DNA from: Oceanispirochaeta sp.
GTDB taxonomy: Bacteria; Spirochaetota; Spirochaetia; DSM-2461
NCBI GenBank assembly: GCA_963663385.2
Contig: CAXXXD010000003.1
Span: 64,001-128,000 of the forward strand
Direction of reading: 5' to 3'
DNA length: 64,000 bases
Positions 1 to 9,741 of this stretch are shown piece after piece. Position numbers and translations under genes: made by a program. Position 1 is the first letter of the stretch. Every line of letters starts with the position of its first letter. The notes below the pieces were generated by a model. That model was not told where the DNA came from and did not search any database. It saw only the letters and a list, made by a program, of their open reading frames with translations.

Positions 1-5
1 AAAAC

Positions 6-23
6 AGTAAGTTCCTACTTACA
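6..23. promoter_or_regulatory. Imperfect palindrome AGTAAG-N6-CTTACA upstream of citC; candidate response-regulator box
   Basis: Same geometry as TGTAGG-N6-CCTACA upstream of tctC and as the GacA/UvrY box TGTAAG-N6-CTTACA. Confidence 0.4.
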
Positions 24-52
24 GATTTAATGGCGGGGTTGAAAATACTTTT

Positions 53-1105
53 ATGTCTACCGAACAGTATGAAACACGAACTATGGATTTAAAACGGGAA
101 TCGGACAGGAAGGCGCTGGAGGCATTTCTTGATAAAGAAGAGCTTACCATGGAACAGGACCTTGACTATGCGGTCTGTCTGTTTGATGAGGATAAAATTA
201 TTGCTTCCGGGTGTGCCGCGGGAAATGTTCTCAAATGCATCGCTGTTGATTCCGATTACCAGGGGCAGGCCCTGACAAACCGGGTTATATCCTATTTACG
301 GCTTAGAGCCTATCATGAAGGTTACACCTCCCTTTTTCTGTTTACAAAACCGAAAAACGAAACCGTATTTTCAGAGCTGGGTTTTTATACCCTGGCGGCT
401 TCTCCCGATGCCATTCTGATGGAAAACAGTCCCGAAGGGTGTGAAAACTATATTGAATCCCTGGAATTCCCTTCAGACGGTATCCCGGCCGCCTCAATTG
501 TAATGAACTGCAACCCCTTTACTCTGGGGCACCGCTATCTGATAGAGACGGCCTGTAAAGAGAACCAAAGGGTTCATCTCTTTGTTGTAAAAGAGGATCT
601 CTCTGTGTTCCCCTTTGCTGCCCGAATGGAAATGATCCGGAAAGGAACGGAGGATCTGAAAAATCTCTTTATTCATGAAGGCCGGGATTATATTATTTCC
701 CGTGCCACTTTCCCGACCTATTTTATCAAGGACAGTAAAATTATAAACGACAGCCATACCCGGATTGATCTGGATCTTTTTGCCGGGAAAATCGCTCCCC
801 CTCTATCAATTGTAAAGCGGTATGTGGGAGAAGAACCATTTGACATTGTAACATCCCGGTACAACCGGATGATGAAGGAAATTCTTCCGGAAAAGGGAAT
901 AGAAGTTGTTGAGATTCCCCGTAAATCGGTGGGAGATAAAGCGGTAAGCGCTACGAAAGTCCGTCGTGCCATGGCAGATGAACAGTGGGACATGCTGAAA
1001 GAGTGGGTGCCCCGTACCACACTGGATTTTCTGCTTTCTCAGGAAGGACGGAAAATCGCAGAAACTATAAGGAAAAGTGCTCGAAAGCTTTTACAGGAGG
1101 AATGA
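53..1105 (+). CDS. citC: [citrate (pro-3S)-lyase] ligase
   Basis: N-terminal GNAT-like domain, IVMNCNPFTLGHRYL and YIISRATFPTYF motifs; upstream of citDEF. Confidence 0.95.
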   Translation: MSTEQYETRTMDLKRESDRKALEAFLDKEELTMEQDLDYAVCLFDEDKIIASGCAAGNVLKCIAVDSDYQGQALTNRVISYLRLRAYHEGYTSLFLFTKPKNETVFSELGFYTLAASPDAILMENSPEGCENYIESLEFPSDGIPAASIVMNCNPFTLGHRYLIETACKENQRVHLFVVKEDLSVFPFAARMEMIRKGTEDLKNLFIHEGRDYIISRATFPTYFIKDSKIINDSHTRIDLDLFAGKIAPPLSIVKRYVGEEPFDIVTSRYNRMMKEILPEKGIEVVEIPRKSVGDKAVSATKVRRAMADEQWDMLKEWVPRTTLDFLLSQEGRKIAETIRKSARKLLQEE

Positions 1106-1139
1106 TAAAAAGTCTTCATAGGCTAGTGGATTGATACAA

Positions 1140-1310
1140 TGTTCTAAACATCGTTTAGAACAGCCAGGTTACTGTTCGCCATTTTTACTGGTCTCCGAGA
1201 CCGTACAGGAGAATGAAGAGCCGTGACCGAAACATTCAATGGTCTTCGAGACCGGATAGGAGAATGGAATCAATTCACCGTACAGGCGCTGTTTTAGGCA
1301 ATAGGAGCGA
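1140..1310 (+). ncRNA. Candidate IS110 bridge/guide RNA in the left non-coding end
   Basis: Perfect 10-bp hairpin 1140-1162, then two 27-nt near-identical hairpin modules (1189-1215, 1240-1266; 24/27 identical); position matches known IS110 bridge RNAs. Confidence 0.6.
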
Positions 1311-1314
1311 AGGT

Positions 1315-2427
1315 ATGAAGATGAGTATCGGAGTGGATCTGCACAAATCCCAGTTAACAGTCTGTTTCCTGAGTGATGATAGAAGCATTTGTGAATCAGG
1401 AATGTATCCGACCTCTGAGGACGGTTACAGAGCATTTCTTGAGAAAGCAGTGTCCTATACAGAAGAGGGCCTTGATGTTAGGGCTGCAGTGGAATCAACA
1501 GGAAATGCCCGGTTCTTCCGTAACAAGCTATTGCTAGCAGGGATTGAGGTGGTGGTTGTGAATACACTGAAATTCAAAGTTGTAAATGAATCAGTGAAAA
1601 AGACGGATAAGCATGATGCCAGAACTCTAGCAGAGTTCTTGGAAAAAGATATGCTTCCCGAATCACAGCTTTGTTCTCAGGAGAGTGAGGATATCCGTAG
1701 AGTTCTTAAATCCAGAACTATCCTTGTTAAATCAGTCGTATCTTTGAAGAATCAGGTTCACGGACTGCTTCTAGGGTATGGAATTGAAACAAAAAGAGCT
1801 GCGCTGCAGAGTAAAAAAGAAAGGCAGCGCATCCTCATCGGTCTCGTGGACCATAGGAGTTTCGGAAGCGCTGCCAAAGCGATAGAACCGCTGCTTTCTA
1901 CGATAGATCAGGTTTCGAACCAGGTCAAGCAGTTAGAGAAAGTCCTGCTGGAACTTGTAAAGGAAGATGAGGATGTACAGTTATTGCAGACGATCCCGGG
2001 AGTCGGATTGATAACGGCATCGACTATTAGGGCCTATACGGATGATATCAAGCGGTACGCCAGTGCCAAGAAGTATTCGGCTTATGCCGGTCTTGTACCA
2101 TGGGTGCAGAACTCCAATGAGACGATTCATCATGGGCATATAACAAAGAGAGGGGCTGTAGAACTGAGAACGGCATTTGTTCAGTGTGTTATGGGAATGG
2201 TTAGAACTCGGAAAACGACTGGCAATTACCGTATCATGACGAAGTACAGAGCGATGAAGAAGAACAAGGGCAGCGGCACGAGTATTATCGCCTCTGCAAG
2301 AAAGATGAGTACGGTAGTGTACTCCATATTGAAAACCCGTGAACCCTTTGATCCGTTGAAGATGGTTCCGGATGATAAGTACTTGAAGATGCAGGCGGCT
2401 GCATTCAATGCCGTAAAAACTGGGTAA
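1315..2427 (+). CDS. IS110-family transposase/recombinase (DEDD_Tnp_IS110 + Transposase_20)
   Basis: IGVDLHK, AVESTG and KTDKHDA catalytic motifs; TIPGVGLITA and YAGLVP..NS motifs; start moved from 1213 to 1315 using SD AGGAG at 1303-1307. Confidence 0.95.
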   Translation: MKMSIGVDLHKSQLTVCFLSDDRSICESGMYPTSEDGYRAFLEKAVSYTEEGLDVRAAVESTGNARFFRNKLLLAGIEVVVVNTLKFKVVNESVKKTDKHDARTLAEFLEKDMLPESQLCSQESEDIRRVLKSRTILVKSVVSLKNQVHGLLLGYGIETKRAALQSKKERQRILIGLVDHRSFGSAAKAIEPLLSTIDQVSNQVKQLEKVLLELVKEDEDVQLLQTIPGVGLITASTIRAYTDDIKRYASAKKYSAYAGLVPWVQNSNETIHHGHITKRGAVELRTAFVQCVMGMVRTRKTTGNYRIMTKYRAMKKNKGSGTSIIASARKMSTVVYSILKTREPFDPLKMVPDDKYLKMQAAAFNAVKTG

Positions 2428-2486
2428 TCCGGTTCAATTGTAAGCTTGTTAATAGGCTTATGATTGACTTTTTATAGGAGTAGAGA

Positions 2487-2783
2487 ATGAAAATTGTAAA
2501 AACGGGTATGGCCGGATCTCTCGAATCCAGTGATGTCCTGATAACTGTCGACAGCAATCACGGTAAAGGGCGTGACGTCAGCCTGAGCAGTATTGTCAAA
2601 AGACAGTATGGAAAACAGATCCTGAAAGTGGTTGATGATACCCTGGATACCCTGTCCATCAAGGATGTGAAAGTCCGTCTGGAAGACAAGGGCGCCCTGG
2701 ACTGTACGATCCGGGCCCGGCTTGAAGCGGCCGTCTACCGGGCTGCCGGAAGTGAAACCTATCCCTGGGAGAACCTGTCATGA
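2487..2783 (+). CDS. citD: Citrate lyase acyl carrier protein (gamma)
   Basis: AGSLESSD attachment motif, DKGALDCTIRAR. Confidence 0.95.
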   Translation: MKIVKTGMAGSLESSDVLITVDSNHGKGRDVSLSSIVKRQYGKQILKVVDDTLDTLSIKDVKVRLEDKGALDCTIRARLEAAVYRAAGSETYPWENLS

Positions 2784-3682
2784 AACTCAGACGAACCATG
2801 CTCTATGTGCCCGGCAATAATGCGGGGATGATGAAAGACGCCCATATCTACCGCTCCGATTCTGTCATGTTTGATCTGGAAGATTCGGTATCCCTGACGG
2901 AAAAGGATTCGGCCCGCTTCCTTGTGTTTAATGCCCTGACCACCCTGGACTACGGCGGAATTGAAACGGTTGTGCGCATCAATGGTCTGGATACGCCCTA
3001 CGGCCGGGAGGATATCAGGGCAATGGTCCGGGCAAGACCGGATGTGATCCGGCTCCCGAAAACCGAGACCCCTCAGGATGTACTGGATGTGGAAGCACTG
3101 ATAGAGAAAGAGGAAAAAGCGTCGGGCCTTGAAGTTGGAACCATTCTGATGATGGCGGCCATTGAAGGCCCCCTGGGAGTTCTCAATGCCTATGAAATCG
3201 CCACGTCTTCCAAACGGCTGATCGGTATAGCTCTGGGGGCTGAGGACTATGTTACCAGCATGAAAACCACCCGTTCCCCCGAAGGAATCGAGATCCTTTT
3301 CGCCCGTTCCCAGATTGTCGCGGCGGCCCGTGCGGCGGGTATCTATGCTCTGGATACGGTTTATTCGGATGTGAATGACGAAGAGGGATTTATCAATGAA
3401 GTGAAACTGATCAAACAGCTGGGGTTCGACGGGAAATCGGTTATTTCTCCCCGGCAGATACTCCCGGTTCATGATATTTTCTGTCCTACCGATAAGGAAA
3501 TCGACCACTCCATCCGGGTTATTCAGGCCATAAAGGAAGCGCAGCAGAAAAATTCCGGTGTCATCTCCCTTAACGGGAAGATGGTGGACAAACCCATTGT
3601 AGACCGGGCCCGCCGGGTTCTGGAGATGGCGAATGCATCGGGGATCCGGGTAAATGAACTGGAGGAGTACTGTAATGAGTAA
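2780..3682 (+). CDS. citE: Citrate lyase beta subunit (citryl-ACP lyase)
   Basis: LRRTMLYVPG, FDLEDSV, VVRIN, GAEDY, GFDGKSVI. Confidence 0.95.
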   Translation: MKLRRTMLYVPGNNAGMMKDAHIYRSDSVMFDLEDSVSLTEKDSARFLVFNALTTLDYGGIETVVRINGLDTPYGREDIRAMVRARPDVIRLPKTETPQDVLDVEALIEKEEKASGLEVGTILMMAAIEGPLGVLNAYEIATSSKRLIGIALGAEDYVTSMKTTRSPEGIEILFARSQIVAAARAAGIYALDTVYSDVNDEEGFINEVKLIKQLGFDGKSVISPRQILPVHDIFCPTDKEIDHSIRVIQAIKEAQQKNSGVISLNGKMVDKPIVDRARRVLEMANASGIRVNELEEYCNE

Positions 3683-5216
3683 AAATGCTATCGGCCGGGA
3701 GATCCCTGCTGAAATTGACGGTAAAGAACTGCTTCCCTTCGAGGGCGCGTTTAAACGAACGCCTCTGGTCCGTCAGGATAAGGGAAACAGACAGCTTCCG
3801 CGACTGAACAAGCTGGTGGATACGATTGAACAGGCGGTATTGAAAACGGGATTGAAAGACGGTATGACCATCTCTTTTCATCACCATTTCCGTTCGGGGG
3901 ACTATATCCTGAATATGGTTATGGATGTTGTCTCCAATCTGGGAATCAGGGATCTGACCATCGCATCCAGTTCACTGACCACGGTACATGATGAACTGAT
4001 CCGGCATATTGAGAAGGGAACGGTAAGCCAGCTGATCACCAGCGGTCTGCGGGGAAAGCTGGCCCAGTTTATTTCTGCCGGTAAAATGGAAAAACCCGTT
4101 CTCTTCCACAGCCATGGCGGCCGTGCCAGGGCAATAGAAGTGGGGCAGATCAGGATTGATGTTGCCTTTCTGGGGGTCCCTTCCTGTGATGTCTATGGAA
4201 ATGCCAACGGTTATACCGGTCCTTCCGCCTGCGGTTCCCTGGGGTATGCCAAAGTGGATGCCAAACACGCCAGCAAGGTTGTTCTGATCACCGACTATCT
4301 GGCCGATTATCCCAACACTCCCTTCAGTATCGACCAGGACCTTGTGGATTACATTGTAAAAGTAGACGCCGTGGGCGACCCGGAGAAGATCAGTACCGGA
4401 GCCACCCGGATAACCAAGGATCCCCGGGATCTGCTGATTGCCCGGAATGCGGCGGATTTTATCGTTGCCAGTCCCTACTTTGAAGACGGTTTTTCCATGC
4501 AGACCGGATCGGGCGGCGCTTCTCTGGCTACGACCCGGTTTCTGACGGAACAGATGGAAAAAAGAGGAATTACCTGCAGCTGGGCCCTTGGCGGAATTAC
4601 CAGTCAGATGGTTAAAATGCATGAGGCGGGGCTGATCGGTAAGCTGCTGGATGTGCAGAGCTTTGATCAGGAAGCCATCGCCTCTATCGGCAGAAACCGT
4701 CTTCATACGGAGATTGACGCCTCCTACTATGCCAATCCCCTGAATAAAGGCTGCGCTGTCAATAAACTGAACGTGGTTATTCTCAGTGCACTGGAGATCG
4801 ATCTGGACTTTAATGTGAATGTCCTGACCGGTTCGGACGGTGTTATTATGGGAGCCTCCGGCGGTCACTCGGATACGGCCATCGGCTCGGGACTCTCCGT
4901 GGTCGTGGCTCCGCTGATACGGGGACGGACCTCCACTGTTACGGAGAAGGTCCTGACCGTTATAACCCCCGGGGAGAGTGTGGATGTTTTTGTTTCCGAC
5001 AGGGGCATTGCCATCAATCCGCGCCGGAAGGACCTTCTGGAGCATTTCAGCCGAGTCCGTCTTCCCTTCTGTACCATGGAGGAACTGCTGGACAGGGCGG
5101 AACGGCTTGTGGGAAAACCGGACCCCATTGAATTTACAGACCGTATTGTCGGTCTGGTGGAATATCGGGACGGAACAATTATCGATACGGTCCGGCAGGT
5201 GAAGGCGCTGGATTAA
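3675..5216 (+). CDS. citF: Citrate lyase alpha subunit (citrate:acetyl-ACP transferase)
   Basis: GMTISFHHHFRSGD, QTGSGGASLA, GASGGHSDTA, YRDGTIID; start set at 3675 after GGAGG. Confidence 0.95.
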   Translation: MSKNAIGREIPAEIDGKELLPFEGAFKRTPLVRQDKGNRQLPRLNKLVDTIEQAVLKTGLKDGMTISFHHHFRSGDYILNMVMDVVSNLGIRDLTIASSSLTTVHDELIRHIEKGTVSQLITSGLRGKLAQFISAGKMEKPVLFHSHGGRARAIEVGQIRIDVAFLGVPSCDVYGNANGYTGPSACGSLGYAKVDAKHASKVVLITDYLADYPNTPFSIDQDLVDYIVKVDAVGDPEKISTGATRITKDPRDLLIARNAADFIVASPYFEDGFSMQTGSGGASLATTRFLTEQMEKRGITCSWALGGITSQMVKMHEAGLIGKLLDVQSFDQEAIASIGRNRLHTEIDASYYANPLNKGCAVNKLNVVILSALEIDLDFNVNVLTGSDGVIMGASGGHSDTAIGSGLSVVVAPLIRGRTSTVTEKVLTVITPGESVDVFVSDRGIAINPRRKDLLEHFSRVRLPFCTMEELLDRAERLVGKPDPIEFTDRIVGLVEYRDGTIIDTVRQVKALD

Positions 5217-6067
5217 TGACGCAAGCGCTCCCTGTTCAGATCCGCCCGGCCTCTCTGGCCGCCCGTTCCATGGTAGAGGAGGTTCTTCTCTCTCCCAAAC
5301 CGGGACTGGTGGATGCCCTGGACAACGGCGCTCACCCGGATATGGATCTGTCCCTGTTTCTGGCAAGCGCAGAAACTGTTCGGCCCTATCTGGAGGAAAT
5401 CGAACGGGTGACTCCCTCTGAAGGGGATTCCCGGAGCATACTCGAAGTAATCCGGCCTGTGGGGATCCTGGCGGAACAGGCCATGTTTAAGGCTACCGGG
5501 GGTGTGAATACCCATAAAGGCCAGATTTTTTCGCTGGGGATCTGTACGGCGGCGGCCAAACGGACTCCGGGAGGGGCTCTGTGTGTTCTGGACGAAGCAT
5601 CCCGTATCTGCTCAGGCATAAGCGGAGAGCTTCATATTTCTCCCGGTCCGGCGGATGAATCAGTCAGTAATGGTCAGAAGGCTTTTCAAAAGTACGGAAG
5701 CACCGGGATAAGGGGCGAAGCAGAGAGGGGCTTTCCCTCTGTCCGCTGCCATGCCCTGCCAGCCTACCGGCGTATCCTGGCCTGTGGCGGAAACAGGGAG
5801 GAAGCGGCTCTGGAAGCCCTTATGACCCTTATGACGGTTGCGGAGGACAGCAATGTCCTTCACCGCCGCGGTATGGAAGGGCTTGCTATACTGAGAAGTC
5901 TGGCCGGGGAATTCCTTCTCTCCGGAGGTATGCTCCGGAAGGATGCCTTTTCCTGCCTGAAGGAGATGAATTCCCTTTTTATCCGGGAAAATATCTCTCC
6001 CGGAGGCTGTGCCGATCTTCTGGCGCTGACCCTCTTTCTTGCTGCTCTGGAGGACGACCATGGATAA
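5216..6067 (+). CDS. citG: Triphosphoribosyl-dephospho-CoA synthase
   Basis: SPKPGLVD, GAHPDM, ATGGVNTHKG, ISPGGCADLL. Confidence 0.93.
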   Translation: MTQALPVQIRPASLAARSMVEEVLLSPKPGLVDALDNGAHPDMDLSLFLASAETVRPYLEEIERVTPSEGDSRSILEVIRPVGILAEQAMFKATGGVNTHKGQIFSLGICTAAAKRTPGGALCVLDEASRICSGISGELHISPGPADESVSNGQKAFQKYGSTGIRGEAERGFPSVRCHALPAYRRILACGGNREEAALEALMTLMTVAEDSNVLHRRGMEGLAILRSLAGEFLLSGGMLRKDAFSCLKEMNSLFIRENISPGGCADLLALTLFLAALEDDHG

Positions 6068-6572
6068 ACTGGTTACCCTGCCGGAAATGCTGGCGGCCAG
6101 GGAGGAGCGTTTTGCCGTAAGACGGGTGTTTTTTCAGAAGGAATCCAATACCCCTGCTTTACTGCAGATAACAGTTAATAGTCCCGGTCCGGGTAAAAAC
6201 AGTGATAAAATCCGTCATATATTCGATACCTGTATAATGCTGATAGGGAAAGAGTTTCCTTCGGCAAAGGTTCTTCCCGTTTCATCCCGAAATAAAAACA
6301 GCGGACCCGAGGGGTTTATCAGCCTTTGTGAACCGGCCCGGGAGATTAAAGAGGTTGTCTGCCGTCTGGAGGAAGAACACCCCCTGGGGCGGTTGTGGGA
6401 TATCGATGTTTTTACCACTCCCGTCAGTTCGGTTTCCCGGCAGGATATCGGCCTGGATGAACGAAAATGTTTTCTGTGCGGCGATTCCGCCCATGCCTGT
6501 GCCCGATCGAAGAAGCATTCCCTGGAGGAGGTCCTCAGTTATATTGATGCCCTTTACAGGGATCACGCGTGA
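6060..6572 (+). CDS. citX: Holo-ACP synthase (apo-citrate lyase phosphoribosyl-dephospho-CoA transferase)
   Basis: EMLAAREER, LEEEHPLGRLWDIDV, RKCFLC..CARSKKHS; start set at 6060. Confidence 0.92.
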   Translation: MDKLVTLPEMLAAREERFAVRRVFFQKESNTPALLQITVNSPGPGKNSDKIRHIFDTCIMLIGKEFPSAKVLPVSSRNKNSGPEGFISLCEPAREIKEVVCRLEEEHPLGRLWDIDVFTTPVSSVSRQDIGLDERKCFLCGDSAHACARSKKHSLEEVLSYIDALYRDHA

Positions 6573-6620
6573 ATGTTTCGGACTATGCGAGTTAATTGTT
6601 CCATAGTAAGATGGATGGTA

Positions 6621-9600
6621 ATGAAAAGCCGGTTCATTCTCTTCTGTTTTCTTATCCCTTCACTCCTTCTTTCTGCTGCTGAACCGGGTAAAAGGAGTTA
6701 TCACTTCTCCTATCTGACCATGGACCAGGGGCTTTCAAGCAATGCGGTATACTGTATGCTTCAGGACTCTTCCGGGTATATGTGGTTTGGTACTTTCAGC
6801 GGACTCAACCGGTACGACGGCCGGAGCACCCAGGTTTTCAGACCCCGTATCGGCGATTCCGGCAGCCTCGGCAGTTCTGTTATTTTCTCTCTTCTGGAAG
6901 ACAGGGACGGCCGGCTCTGGGTCGGTACGGATGGAGGAGGCCTGAGTCTGTTCAACCGGGAGACCCTGGATTTTTCCTCTTTCCGTAATGATCCGGACAA
7001 TCCCCTCAGCCTGTCAAGTAATCAGGTTTTCGCTCTGGAGGAGGATCATTCCGGCCGTCTCTGGATAGGTACGGCAGGAGGAGGACTCTGCCTCTACCGG
7101 GGGGAGGGGCTCTTCTTCATACTAGACCAGGAGAATTCCTCCCTGGTCAGCAACAGAATCCGGACCCTTTACTGTGATAAAGAGGGAATCCTCTGGATCG
7201 GAACCGAAAAAGGACTGTCCCTTTATGATACGGAATCCGGGCATTTCCTATCTTCCGACTCCGTAACAGGCATGCCCCTGCTGGACAATCTTTTTATACG
7301 GGATATAAAAGCCGACGCCCTGGGGAATGTCTGGCTTGGTACGGAAAAAGGTCTCTTTCTGTTTAATAGGAAGGAGGGCGTTTTATCTTCCTTCTCCCTT
7401 CCCCGGGAAGTCTCAGTCCGCTCAATCAGCCTGGACAGTATGAGCCTCTGGATTGGAACGGAGCGTTCGGGTGTTCTCATATATGACTTTATGAAGGACT
7501 CCTGGGATACCCTGCGCTCAACCGGAAAGGACGGTTCTCTCAGTTATGATAAAATCCGCAGCCTTTACAGGGATCATAACGGTCTTGTCTGGATTGCTAC
7601 CAGAGGAGGCGGGGTTAACCTCTACAATCCGGCGGTCTCTCTGATGGAAACCCATAATGAACTGAAGGATATCCGTAATATGGTTGAACGGAGGGACGGA
7701 TCCATCTGGATCGGTACCGACGGGAGCGGAATCGGTGTACTGGACAGACAGAGCGGCCGGATAAAATCCTGCGTCCTCAGCCCTTCTGATTCTCAGTCGG
7801 ATAACGACCATGTTTACTCATTTATGGAGGATTCCGGGGGCACTCTCTGGATCGGTACCGACGGGAGCGGCCTTTATCGTCTGCCCCCTGGAAAATCACC
7901 GGAGGAGGCGGAGCATTTCCCTCTGCATAACCCGGATACGGGAGCTTCCAGGCGAATGACTGTCTGGGCGATACTGGAGGATGCCGATGGGAATGTCTGG
8001 GTCGGGACAGAAGGTGAGGGCCTTTATGTGATACAGGGGGATAATATCAGCCATTACGGACACGAGCCGGAAGATCCCGAAAGCCTGAACGGCAATGCCG
8101 TCCGTTGTCTTTTTGAAGATTCCCGGGGCAAAATCTGGGTTGGAACCTGGGACGGCGGCCTGAACCTGTATAAACGGAATACCGGTAAATTCAAAAGATT
8201 TGTCCGTTCCGCATCTCTTCCCGGAAGCCTGAGCGATAACAGCGTTAATGTTATCCTGGAAGACTCTTCCGGCCGGCTCTGGGTGGGAACCTCCGGCGGC
8301 GGTGTGGACATTTATGATCCGGGAGAGGGGCGTTTTCAGAATATTTCCACTCAGGACGGACTGGCCGGAGACAATATATACGGTATTCTGGAAGACGGCC
8401 GGAAAAATATCTGGTTATCCACAGATACAGGGCTTTCCCGTATAGGACCGGGAATTGACTCTGTATTGAACTACAGCCGGGCTGACGGTCTTCTGGCAAA
8501 TGAGTTTTCCCAGAATGCCTACTTCAAAGCTTCCGACGGAACCCTTTTCTGGGGCGGTCCCAGGGGGATCTCCTCGTTTCATCCCTCTGCTCTGTCCGGA
8601 GAGAGCCATCCTTCGGATATTGTTATAACAGGTTTAAGTATTCACAATATTCCCATAGGCATTGGAGAGGAATATGATGGCCGGGTTCTCCTTGATAAGG
8701 ATGTATCCCTGAAGGAGGAGATTATCCTGCCCTATACAGCCAATAATCTGAGTTTCCGTTTTTCCATCCTCTCCTATATTGATCCCACCAAGCATCACTA
8801 TTCGGTACAGTTGATAGGCCTGGAGGAGCATCCCCGGTTTCTGGGGAACCGTAATGAAGTCAGCTATGCCCTGATTCCTCCCGGTGACTACACCCTGAAG
8901 CTGACCGGAACGGATCATAACGGGCTTCATACCACTCAGGAAAAGGAGCTGCATATCCGGGTTCTGGCGCCTTTCTGGATGAATCCGCTGTTCCTGTCTT
9001 TTTCATTGCTCTTCGTTTTTTCCCTTTTTGCTCTGGGATTCTGGCTCCGCCTCCGGTTCCTCCATAAAAACAATGAACAGCTCCGGAACTTCACCATGCA
9101 TATGGAGAAGGCAAGGGAAGAGGAAAGGAAATCCGCGGCCAGAGAGTATCATGATGAACTGGGACAGCAGCTGACTGCCATGAAATTCGATCTTTTCTGG
9201 CTTAACGGGCACCCCCAGGCGGAAGAGGGCGTTCGCAGGGAAAAAATCGCCTCCCTGCTGGATGTGGTAAACGATGCCATCGGATCGGTCAGGTCCATAT
9301 CAACCAATCTGCGTCCCAAGGTGCTGGATAACCTCTCTTTGAAGGAGGCGCTTGAGTGGCAGAGCCGCCGTTTTACCAAAAGGACTGCCATCCCGCTGGC
9401 TCTGGATATACATATGGAGACTCCTTTAATGAGGAATGATCCTGACGGAGAGGTGAAAACAGCGGTTTTCCGTATGTATCAGGAGATTCTTACCAATGTT
9501 ATCCGGCACTCCGGAGCCGATGCTGTTGAAGTTCGAATCACCCGGGACCGTGAGGAATTCCGTCTTATGGTCCGGGATAACGGCATAGGAATCGGAAAAT

Positions 9601-9737
9601 TTGATATAAATAAGAATAACTCTTTCGGATTGATCGGTATACGGGAACGCTGCCGTCATCTGAACGGCCGGTTTCTGATTGATAATCATCCCGAGGGAGG
9701 AACGGTGGTAAGGATTATCCTGCCTCTGAAGGAGTGA
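6621..9737 (+). CDS. Sensor histidine kinase: periplasmic beta-propeller repeats + Y_Y_Y, one TM helix, HisKA_3/HATPase
   Basis: Many ED..G.LWIGT..GG repeats; H-box AREYHDELGQQLT; QEILTNVIRH, DNGIG, FGLIGIRER; start uncertain (6573-6621). Confidence 0.88.
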   Translation: MKSRFILFCFLIPSLLLSAAEPGKRSYHFSYLTMDQGLSSNAVYCMLQDSSGYMWFGTFSGLNRYDGRSTQVFRPRIGDSGSLGSSVIFSLLEDRDGRLWVGTDGGGLSLFNRETLDFSSFRNDPDNPLSLSSNQVFALEEDHSGRLWIGTAGGGLCLYRGEGLFFILDQENSSLVSNRIRTLYCDKEGILWIGTEKGLSLYDTESGHFLSSDSVTGMPLLDNLFIRDIKADALGNVWLGTEKGLFLFNRKEGVLSSFSLPREVSVRSISLDSMSLWIGTERSGVLIYDFMKDSWDTLRSTGKDGSLSYDKIRSLYRDHNGLVWIATRGGGVNLYNPAVSLMETHNELKDIRNMVERRDGSIWIGTDGSGIGVLDRQSGRIKSCVLSPSDSQSDNDHVYSFMEDSGGTLWIGTDGSGLYRLPPGKSPEEAEHFPLHNPDTGASRRMTVWAILEDADGNVWVGTEGEGLYVIQGDNISHYGHEPEDPESLNGNAVRCLFEDSRGKIWVGTWDGGLNLYKRNTGKFKRFVRSASLPGSLSDNSVNVILEDSSGRLWVGTSGGGVDIYDPGEGRFQNISTQDGLAGDNIYGILEDGRKNIWLSTDTGLSRIGPGIDSVLNYSRADGLLANEFSQNAYFKASDGTLFWGGPRGISSFHPSALSGESHPSDIVITGLSIHNIPIGIGEEYDGRVLLDKDVSLKEEIILPYTANNLSFRFSILSYIDPTKHHYSVQLIGLEEHPRFLGNRNEVSYALIPPGDYTLKLTGTDHNGLHTTQEKELHIRVLAPFWMNPLFLSFSLLFVFSLFALGFWLRLRFLHKNNEQLRNFTMHMEKAREEERKSAAREYHDELGQQLTAMKFDLFWLNGHPQAEEGVRREKIASLLDVVNDAIGSVRSISTNLRPKVLDNLSLKEALEWQSRRFTKRTAIPLALDIHMETPLMRNDPDGEVKTAVFRMYQEILTNVIRHSGADAVEVRITRDREEFRLMVRDNGIGIGKFDINKNNSFGLIGIRERCRHLNGRFLIDNHPEGGTVVRIILPLKE

Positions 9738-9741
9738 GACT

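Larger units (their letters stand above)
1118..2478 (+). mobile_element. IS110-family insertion sequence (~1.36 kb) between citC and citD
   Basis: IS110 transposase, no terminal inverted repeats, ATAGG core at both ends (1118-1122, 2474-2478); removing it restores a short citC-citD spacer with SD AGGAG. Confidence 0.85.

Noticed and set aside
1189..1290. Possible mini CRISPR array (27-nt repeats)
   Set aside because: Only two copies plus a fragment, inside an IS end, with no cas genes
1213..1314. N-terminal extension of the transposase in the ORF track
   Set aside because: It lies in the structured non-coding end; the SD and the family motif place the start at 1315
2759..5366. Long antisense ORFs (249 aa and 464 aa) over citE and citF
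   Set aside because: Shadow frames of well-conserved genes, with no motifs
7705..7870. Exact 23-nt repeat TCTGGATCGGTACCGACGGGAGCGG-like within the sensor kinase gene
   Set aside because: It encodes repeated WIGTDGSG propeller blades, so the protein repeat explains it
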